Shown here one piece after another: positions 19,053-26,477 of a stretch of DNA of 46,115 nt. Both the position numbers and the translations under genes were made by a program. This stretch comes from Bacteroidales bacterium (GTDB lineage Bacteria; Bacteroidota; Bacteroidia; Bacteroidales; M50B96): the NCBI GenBank assembly GCA_041584015.1, contig JBFHES010000003.1, positions 1-46,115 of the forward strand, written 5' to 3'. Within the stretch, counting starts at the first letter, position 1. Each line of letters begins with the position of its first letter. The notes beneath the pieces were generated by a model. The model searched no databases. It saw only the letters and a program-made list of their open reading frames with translations, and had not been told where the DNA came from.

Positions 19053-20612
19053 TTATTTTGCGTAATTAATTGCTCTTGTTTCTCTAATAACAGTAACTTT
19101 AATCTGACCTGGGTAAGTCATTTCGTCCTGTATTTTTCTAGCAATATCGAATGATAATGTTTCGGTATCTGTATCATTCATCTTCTCGCTTCCAACAATT
19201 ACTCGAAGTTCTCTACCTGCTTGAATAGCATATGTTTTAAGAACACCAGGATAGGAAAGGGCAAGATTCTCAAGATCCTTTAATCGCTTAATGTATGATT
19301 CAACAACTTCTCTACGAGCACCTGGACGGGCACCTGAAATTGCATCACAAACCTGAACGATTGGTGCTAACAAAGTTGTCATCTCCACTTCATCGTGGTG
19401 AGCACCAATTGCATTACAAATGTCCGGCTTTTCTTTATATTTCTCAGCGATCTTCATCCCTAGGATTGCGTGTGGTAGATCCGGCTCATCATCCGGTACT
19501 TTTCCAATATCATGAAGCAATCCGGCACGTTTTGCTGCTTTTGGATTTAATCCTAGTTCAGAAGCCATTATGCTACATAGGTTAGCTACCTCTCTGGAGT
19601 GCTGTAGCAGATTCTGTCCGTATGATGAACGGTATTTCATTTTACCAATCAGTCTGATAATCTCAGGATGTAATCCATGCACACCTAAATCAATTGCAGT
19701 ACGCTTTCCAACTTCTACAATTTCTTCTTCTATTTGTTTTTTAGTTTTTTCAACAACTTCTTCAATTCTTGCAGGATGAATTCTACCATCAGTTACCAAC
19801 TTGTGTAAAGCTAGTCTTGCAATTTCTCTTCGTACCGGATCAAAACCAGAAAGAATAATAGCTTCAGGTGTATCATCAACTATAATCTCCACTCCTGTTG
19901 CTGCTTCCAATGCTCTAATGTTTCTTCCTTCACGACCAATGATGCGTCCTTTTATCTCATCATTATCAATGTTAAAAACAGTTACAGAGTTTTCAACGGC
20001 AGCTTCCGTTGCGACACGCTGTATTGTATTAATTACAACTCGTTTTGCTTCTTTATTGGCAGTCATCTTAGCTTCATCCATTATTTCATTAATGTATGAC
20101 ATAGCCTCCGACTTAGCTTCATTCTTCAACGACTCGATGAGCTGCTCCTTTGCTTCTTCTGCGGATAATCCAGCAACATGTTGAAGTTTATCAACCTGTT
20201 CTTTATGTATTTTATCCAACTCACTGTTTTTCTTTTCAACCAACTCCAGCTGATTGTTTAAGTTATCTTTAATAACTTCATTTTCGCGCTTAAAACTATC
20301 AAGATCCTTCTGACGTTTCCCCAATTCCTCTTTGCGCTGATTCAACGCCATCTCCTTCTGCTTAATTCTGTTTTCAGCCTGAGACATTTTAGAGTTTCTG
20401 TCGTTTATCTGACTTTCGTGGTTCGCCTTAAGAGATAAGAATTTCTCCTTTGCCTGAAGGATTTTATCTTGCTTGACAGCTTCGGCCTTTAATTCGGCCT
20501 CGCGAAGAATGTCAACGCTTTTTCGTTTTATAGCTGCTTTGAAATATAGGTAAACGACAATCGCTCCTATAAAAAATGCTGCTATAACAAATACTACTTC
20601 TATTAATTCCAT
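19053..20612 (-). CDS. rny: Ribonuclease Y
   Basis: N-terminal TM segment, coiled coil, KH domain ([12 protein letters not shown]) and HD domain (HSREVA...LLHDIGK...[11 protein letters not shown]). Confidence 0.98.
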   Translation of the reverse strand: MELIEVVFVIAAFFIGAIVVYLYFKAAIKRKSVDILREAELKAEAVKQDKILQAKEKFLSLKANHESQINDRNSKMSQAENRIKQKEMALNQRKEELGKRQKDLDSFKRENEVIKDNLNNQLELVEKKNSELDKIHKEQVDKLQHVAGLSAEEAKEQLIESLKNEAKSEAMSYINEIMDEAKMTANKEAKRVVINTIQRVATEAAVENSVTVFNIDNDEIKGRIIGREGRNIRALEAATGVEIIVDDTPEAIILSGFDPVRREIARLALHKLVTDGRIHPARIEEVVEKTKKQIEEEIVEVGKRTAIDLGVHGLHPEIIRLIGKMKYRSSYGQNLLQHSREVANLCSIMASELGLNPKAAKRAGLLHDIGKVPDDEPDLPHAILGMKIAEKYKEKPDICNAIGAHHDEVEMTTLLAPIVQVCDAISGARPGARREVVESYIKRLKDLENLALSYPGVLKTYAIQAGRELRVIVGSEKMNDTDTETLSFDIARKIQDEMTYPGQIKVTVIRETRAINYAK

Positions 20613-20637
20613 TTATGTGTTTATTTGATTTTAAAAA

Positions 20638-20828
20638 GCCCGCAATTCTTTCTCTAATTCTTTAGAAAACCCCAATTCGACATGGGTGAAGTCTCCAATT
20701 TAGTTCTTGCTTCCACTGACCTTCAAAGAAGATTTCCCAAAGGGAATGAGGCCTGCCTTACGTAAATATAAGTTAACTCCAATTGTGTTAATGTTGAGTT
20801 TTCAAATTGTTAAAGAAAAAATGCGGGC
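20638..20828 (-). ncRNA. ssrS: 6S RNA
   Basis: 191-nt element whose ends pair (GCCCGCATTTTTTCTT...AGAAGAATTGCGGGC, continuing GAAAACTC/GGGGTTTTC) into a long rod. It sits in the classic zapA-6S-rny position. Confidence 0.85.
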
Positions 20829-20862
20829 AAATTTCTTAATTTTATATGTAAAGAACCTTGTG

Positions 20863-21159
20863 TTACTCTTCTAGCACTTCATCTAGCTTATCATTTATTC
20901 TGGTAATAACTTCATATCCTACAGCACTTTCCTTATTCCTGTCAAGAACCATAAGCTCTTTTGTTAATTCCAGAGAAGTCATAGCTAATATATCAAAAAT
21001 ATCTTTATCCGAAAACATTTTTTGATACTGATTCATTCGCTTATTTATAAGTTTTGCTGCCTTTCTAACCAGTTCTTCATCCTGTTCGTTCTCTTTGCTC
21101 ACCCTAACCGGCAGTTTAAGAGCACCTATGCTAACATGAATTACTCGTTTATCAGCCAT
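20863..21159 (-). CDS. zapA: Cell division protein ZapA
   Basis: Motif EELVRKAAKLIN...DILAMTSL; size and synteny (zapB-like, zapA, 6S, rny). Confidence 0.88.
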   Translation of the reverse strand: MADKRVIHVSIGALKLPVRVSKENEQDEELVRKAAKLINKRMNQYQKMFSDKDIFDILAMTSLELTKELMVLDRNKESAVGYEVITRINDKLDEVLEE

Positions 21160-21171
21160 CCTTAATTTATA

Positions 21172-21447
21172 TTATGTATTTAATAGAGCAATACATTTAT
21201 CAATTTCCCGCACCAAACCATTTATTTCTTTTCTGGTGTCGTCCTTTTCCAAACCCGACCCCATTATATTTCTTGCTATTATTACGTTATTATATTCGTC
21301 TTTATACTGATTAAGTTCATTCTGTAGATCCTTCAATTTTGTTGATTGATCCGTGACCAATTTCTTTAATTGATCCCTTTCTTTTTGAATTTCTTTAAAC
21401 GATGCTATTAGAAGATCAACTTTTGTTTCGATGAAATTAGCATCCAT
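21172..21447 (-). CDS. Coiled-coil protein upstream of zapA (ZapB-like)
   Basis: Heptad pattern and C-terminal INGLVREIDKCIALLN, typical of the Bacteroidota gene preceding zapA. Confidence 0.8.
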   Translation of the reverse strand: MDANFIETKVDLLIASFKEIQKERDQLKKLVTDQSTKLKDLQNELNQYKDEYNNVIIARNIMGSGLEKDDTRKEINGLVREIDKCIALLNT

Positions 21448-21551
21448 TTGTTTACTTAATATTAATTTCTGCTGTAAAAATAATCAAAAATATAGGAATC
21501 CTATGATGCTTATTCATTTCCTTAAATTGAAATGTTCATGATTTTCTTAAT

Positions 21552-21559
21552 TACCTTTG
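21552..21559 (+). promoter_or_regulatory. -7 promoter element (TACCTTTG) for the M23 gene
   Basis: Exact consensus 41 nt upstream of ATG 21601. Confidence 0.6.
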
Positions 21560-21600
21560 CCGCTGCATCAAATTAAGTTAAACAAAAACCAATTGCTTCA

Positions 21601-23358
21601 ATGCATAAGATAATTCAAGTCAAAACAATACTGATACTTTTACTCACCATTTTAGCGCAAAGCACTGTAATAAATGCACAGCATAAATTAGATACAATAA
21701 GTTTTCATCCGCCGGTGGATATTCCCATGTATCTATCTGGAAATTTCGGGGAAATTCGCTCCACCCATTTTCACACAGGAATCGATATAAAAACACAAGG
21801 CCAAATAGGCTTCAAAATTTATTCAATTGACGAAGGATATATCTCAAGAATTAAAATTCAGGCGGGCGGATATGGTAATGCTATTTACATCACACACCCA
21901 AATGGTTACACCAGTGTGTATGGGCACCTGGATCATTTCCGAAAGGATATTCAGGAATACACGACCAATAATCAGTATCGAAAAAATAAGTTTGAGATCA
22001 ATCTGTTTCCACCAAGAGACAAATTTGTTCTAAAAAAAGGTGAGTGGTTTGCAAAATCAGGCAATTCAGGTAGATCGGGTGGGCCACATTTACACTTCGA
22101 GATACGTGACACGGAAAGCGAACACCCTTTAAATCCATTACTTTTCAATTTCGATATTAAGGATGATATAAAACCGAAGGTATACGAAGTTGCTATTTAT
22201 CCTTTAAACGATGATAGTCGTGTGAACGGAGCTAAAGACCCGAGCTTTATTAAAGTTAGAGGCAACAATGGTCGATACAAATTGGCAAACAATGATACTA
22301 TCAGGGCGTGGGGTGAGATTGGTTTTGGCATATCGTCTAACGATTTTCTTAATTCATCAGCAAACAAATGTGGTATTTATACTATTCAGCTGATGATTGA
22401 TAGTACCTTGGTTTTTGAGAGTAATATTGATGAATTGGACTTTTCCGAATTGAGATATGTCATCAGTCACATTGATTATAAAACCAAAAAAGAAAAAGGC
22501 AGAACTTTTCAAAAATCATTTATTGCACCTAATAATCGATTAAGCATCTATAAGCCTTTGCCTTCAAATATGGCATCTACTTTTACGCTGGACAAGCAGG
22601 TGAGCAGTGTTACGTATAAACTAACCGATGTCTATGGAAATAGCTCGCAGCTTGCTTTTTGGATGAAAGCTGAAAAACCTACCGAAGAATATGCAATTAG
22701 CGCCGTCAAGGATTATGTTCAGGCAATGCCTTACCTTCAGAGCAATAAGTTTTCTAATGAGCAGATTGAGCTTAGCTTTCCTGCTAAATGCTTTTTTGAG
22801 GATTTATTCTTTAACTATTCCACATCGCCGAAAACTGATGATTTGTACTCTCCTATCCATCATGTGCACAACATATACACACCTTTATTTAAAAGATATA
22901 AGCTAAAAATAAAGGTTGACTCACTACCTGAAAGATTAAAAGTTAAAGCGATTGTTGCCTTAGTAGATACCGCAAAAAGAAAGACCAATTTGGTGAGCAT
23001 GGGTGGCGCCTTTAAGAATGGCTATGTTGAAACAAATATTCGGGAATTTGGCTCCTTCGCAATTGCTGTTGATACCGTACCTCCGAACATAACTCCGCAA
23101 AATATTTTCAATGGTAAAGACATGACATCAAATAGTATCTTATCATTTAAAATAACAGATAAACTCTCGGGCATCGAATCGTATGAGGGTGCAATAGATG
23201 GCGTGTGGGTGCTGTTCAGATATGACGCCAAGCGAGATCATATTTATTATCAATTCTCCGACAATAAGATTACAAGAAACAGCAAGCACCAACTGAATCT
23301 AAAAGTGTTAGACCATTCGGGAAATGAAGCTATTTACACTGCGAGCTTTAAATATTAA
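21601..23358 (+). CDS. M23 family metallopeptidase, secreted
   Basis: Signal peptide ending NAQ; motifs GNFGEIR...HTGID, YGHL and GPHLHFEIR; long C-terminal beta-rich extension. Confidence 0.92.
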   Translation: MHKIIQVKTILILLLTILAQSTVINAQHKLDTISFHPPVDIPMYLSGNFGEIRSTHFHTGIDIKTQGQIGFKIYSIDEGYISRIKIQAGGYGNAIYITHPNGYTSVYGHLDHFRKDIQEYTTNNQYRKNKFEINLFPPRDKFVLKKGEWFAKSGNSGRSGGPHLHFEIRDTESEHPLNPLLFNFDIKDDIKPKVYEVAIYPLNDDSRVNGAKDPSFIKVRGNNGRYKLANNDTIRAWGEIGFGISSNDFLNSSANKCGIYTIQLMIDSTLVFESNIDELDFSELRYVISHIDYKTKKEKGRTFQKSFIAPNNRLSIYKPLPSNMASTFTLDKQVSSVTYKLTDVYGNSSQLAFWMKAEKPTEEYAISAVKDYVQAMPYLQSNKFSNEQIELSFPAKCFFEDLFFNYSTSPKTDDLYSPIHHVHNIYTPLFKRYKLKIKVDSLPERLKVKAIVALVDTAKRKTNLVSMGGAFKNGYVETNIREFGSFAIAVDTVPPNITPQNIFNGKDMTSNSILSFKITDKLSGIESYEGAIDGVWVLFRYDAKRDHIYYQFSDNKITRNSKHQLNLKVLDHSGNEAIYTASFKY

Positions 23359-23381
23359 GTTCCTCTCCGGAATAACGAAAT

Positions 23382-23413
23382 AAAAAAAGGTCTGCAAATG
23401 CAGACCTTTTTTT
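23382..23413. terminator. Bidirectional intrinsic terminator
   Basis: A7-GGTCTGCA-aa-TGCAGACC-T7 between convergent genes. Confidence 0.9.
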
Positions 23414-23431
23414 ATAACTAGTAATTTATTC

Positions 23432-24853
23432 TTATTTCTTCTGATAACATCGAACCCAGTCTATCTCCATACTGGACGGTAACATATTACCTTGAGGATC
23501 TTCATTTAATCCGGAACTAAAGATTAAGTACATAGGATCTGTTGGAATTCCCTGTGTTGCTTCCTTAACAACCTTTCTGTTAATCGTCCAGGATATCTTG
23601 TTTTCAGTCCACTCAATACCAAATATAAAGTAATTGTTCTGATACTTTGTACCACCAAGTTTTGAAACGCTCGACTTAATTTGTGGTCCCCAGTGATTTG
23701 CAAAAACAGTTTTACCTTTATTGTCGGTTTTAACCACATCAATCTCCGGTAACATTAAATCAGATACCATCCAGAATGCATCGATTACCGGGCTATTACT
23801 GTTTAATTTTATCTTGGCTTCAAACCTTCCAAATTTTTGTCTGAAACTACTACCTGTGCTAATCAAGCCACTGGAGTAATCAAAATCTTTTGGATAAAAT
23901 CCAACTCGCGGATCCCACACCTTTCCGTTTACCTTTTCTTTCTTGGTAACAATCTTTAATATGGAATTATTGATTTCAACATTTTTTCCATCAGTAGGAA
24001 AATGCTTGTCTGACACAAGAGAATAAGACTCATTAAGCAGCGCTTTGCCCCAGAAATAGTGATTTATCCATTTATCAGCATCTAACTTTTTACCTTCAAA
24101 TTCGTCTACAAAAGTCAGTTCCCATTGCTTGATCTCATCAAATTTCTTTGAATCTTTAATATCAAAAAACTTCTTCATATCATCTGAAGCTTTTTGCTTA
24201 TTATATTTTTCTAGCTCGGCGTATTCTTCAGTCTTTTTATATCGTTCGGTATCTTCCTTCTCTTTCTTAACCTCATTAAACTCTTTGGAAGCAATAAACT
24301 CTTCCAGCTCAAAATAGCGCTTCAGCTCTTTTGATTTATCCGTTGATTGAAAGGTTTTATATTTTGAAGAAGCAATCGTTTTGAGGTAAAATTTAACATC
24401 AGAATCTTTACGAAGCGCATCAAGTTCATCCTTTTGCTGTTTCTTCTCTTCATCAGAAGCGCCTGAACCGGCATTACTTTCTAATTTCTGATATCTTTCA
24501 AAACTCTTTGATTTAGCAATGCTTTCAACTCTTTCGGGAATTCCGTTAGTCTTATACTTAAAATACTTTTTAATAACACTTGACTTTTTCAAAGCCTCAA
24601 ACTCCTTAAGCTGCTTATACTCATTTGTTTTTTCAAAAGTATCGGATTTAATGGCCTCCAATTTTTTTGTAAAAACGTCTGAAGTTACTCTCTTTTCAAG
24701 GGCGTAATACTCTTGTATCTTCTCAGAAGCCTCCATTTCTCTTAGCCAATTGTATTCATTTAAGAGAGTTGCTTCTTGTTGTTCTATTTGCTCTGTATTT
24801 GGTACTAAACCAAAGAATGACAATAACTTAAATTGTGTTTTTACACCTGCCAT
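23432..24853 (-). CDS. GH16-fold protein with a long charged helical N-terminal domain; catalytic motif degenerate
   Basis: C-terminal WELTFVDEF, YSSGLIST, FGRFEAKIK, AFWM, EIDVVK, GIEW, PMYLIF and MEIDWVRCYQ. No signal peptide. TATCTTTG promoter at 24892-24885. Confidence 0.85.
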   Translation of the reverse strand: MAGVKTQFKLLSFFGLVPNTEQIEQQEATLLNEYNWLREMEASEKIQEYYALEKRVTSDVFTKKLEAIKSDTFEKTNEYKQLKEFEALKKSSVIKKYFKYKTNGIPERVESIAKSKSFERYQKLESNAGSGASDEEKKQQKDELDALRKDSDVKFYLKTIASSKYKTFQSTDKSKELKRYFELEEFIASKEFNEVKKEKEDTERYKKTEEYAELEKYNKQKASDDMKKFFDIKDSKKFDEIKQWELTFVDEFEGKKLDADKWINHYFWGKALLNESYSLVSDKHFPTDGKNVEINNSILKIVTKKEKVNGKVWDPRVGFYPKDFDYSSGLISTGSSFRQKFGRFEAKIKLNSNSPVIDAFWMVSDLMLPEIDVVKTDNKGKTVFANHWGPQIKSSVSKLGGTKYQNNYFIFGIEWTENKISWTINRKVVKEATQGIPTDPMYLIFSSGLNEDPQGNMLPSSMEIDWVRCYQKK

Positions 24854-25027
24854 CGTAAATTTTTAAATGAATTAAACATCCGTCCAAAGATAAAAAAAAA
24901 CAAGCATGCAAGGTATATCTTAGCACTGCTAATACTAAATTACATAATGTCAATAACTTATATCTTTAAAATAGAATTAGTATAGATAACTCAAAATGGG
25001 ATTAAATATTTTATCAATCAATGCATT

Positions 25028-25065
25028 AAAAAAATGGGTAGTTCCAATTAAATCTGAAACTACCC
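25028..25065 (-). terminator. Orphan intrinsic terminator inside the divergent intergenic region
   Basis: GGGTAGTT...AACTACCC stem followed by T7 on the minus strand, with no annotated gene upstream. Confidence 0.55.
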
Positions 25066-25498
25066 TACATTAATACCTAAACAATATTTTAAATCCCTAT
25101 TAATTTGTATGATTACCCGAATCATTTAATCCTTTCCACAACCTCCATACGATTACCAGAACAAATTTCTAATTCTTAAGCAAGCAGCAAAACTTCAGCA
25201 CACTATCCCCGTTAAAGACACAGCGCTATGTAAAACTTTGTTGAGCAGACCAAATATTTCACTCTTTTTTACTTGTAACCCTAAAACCATTTTCAATCTA
25301 CTTTCACACAAAATATGGAACTTAAAAATCATAAGCCAATCTCTATTTATCATTGGTACTAATGCGTTTTATTTCTCATTATATCTTAAGATGACTTACA
25401 TTTGTTACCTTTAAATGTACGATGGAAATATCGCCATGTCAATAGCTAAGTTAATAAATTGAGAACATTAGCTCATGTGTTATTCGCAAACCTTTTAC

Positions 25499-25506
25499 TA
25501 CTTTTG
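25499..25506 (+). promoter_or_regulatory. -7 promoter element (TACTTTTG) for the siaB-siaC fusion
   Basis: Exact consensus 24 nt before ATG 25531. Confidence 0.6.
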
Positions 25507-25530
25507 CTATTGATTCAACAAGATTAAAGC

Positions 25531-26466
25531 ATGAATGAATTTATTAAGGGCATTTACCAACAAACGGACTATGGTGAGATATTGTATTCGTTTGAAGGGA
25601 ACTTTACCGAAGATTCAGTAAATGATGTTATTGAACAAATTGAGCTATCTCTTAACAAGAGTGGACTTGAACAAGCCTTGATAAAAAAGGCGTTTCGCGT
25701 TATCATTGAAAGCGTACAAAACCTATATCATCATATTGAAAGAGGGGTTGATAGCGACGATGAGGCAGCAATTCAGTTTGCGATCTTTCTCGTATCAAAA
25801 AACGCTAATACGATAAAAATATCATCTGGTAATTTTATTAATAAAGACCAAATAAGGTTACTGAAGAACAGAATTGACCAGGTAAATGCCTTAGATGCAG
25901 AAGAATTAAAAATGCTATACCGCGAAATACTTGGCAATAATGAATATACTGACAAAGGTGGTGGCGGACTTGGGCTTGTTGATATTGCCAGAAAAACAGG
26001 AAATAAACTTGAGTACAAGTTTCATGATTACAATGAAGACTATAGTTTCCTGACACTAGATTTAAACCTTAAAAGATCAAATCATATGAATTCATATACA
26101 CAAGGAGGAACCTCTAAAACTCCTGAAATTAATTTAGACCCTAACGAGGGAAACCTCATAATTAAAGGTAGATCTATCCCTGAAAATTCCATTGAGTTTT
26201 ACCTTCCAATATTTAAATGGATTGAGGAATATGCTGAACAACCACCCGCAAATACGATATTCCACATGCAATTAGAATACTTCAATACGGCATCATCTAA
26301 ATGTTTGCTCGATATTTTTAAGAAGCTTGAGAAGATTACCGTAAAAGGTGGCAAAGTTTCGGTAAAATGGTATTTCGAAGATGATGATGAAGATATGCTT
26401 GAAGCTGGTGAAGATTATCAATCAATTATCGATATTCCGTTTGAAATGGTGGAAATAAGCAGTTAG
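25531..26466 (+). CDS. SiaB-family protein kinase fused in frame to a SiaC (DUF1987) phosphoacceptor domain
   Basis: aa 1-180: IIESVQNLYHH (N-box), SSGN and GGGGLGLVDIARK (G-box). aa 186-311: TSKTPEI, KGRSIPEN...FY.P, LEYFNTASSK and WYF...D.DM.E.GE.Y. Confidence 0.85.
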   Translation: MNEFIKGIYQQTDYGEILYSFEGNFTEDSVNDVIEQIELSLNKSGLEQALIKKAFRVIIESVQNLYHHIERGVDSDDEAAIQFAIFLVSKNANTIKISSGNFINKDQIRLLKNRIDQVNALDAEELKMLYREILGNNEYTDKGGGGLGLVDIARKTGNKLEYKFHDYNEDYSFLTLDLNLKRSNHMNSYTQGGTSKTPEINLDPNEGNLIIKGRSIPENSIEFYLPIFKWIEEYAEQPPANTIFHMQLEYFNTASSKCLLDIFKKLEKITVKGGKVSVKWYFEDDDEDMLEAGEDYQSIIDIPFEMVEISS

Positions 26467-26477
26467 GGCGAGTGCCT

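Noticed and set aside
20638-20828. Long imperfect inverted repeat as a novel element or MITE
   Set aside because: Size, rod-like pairing and zapA-rny position are explained by 6S RNA.
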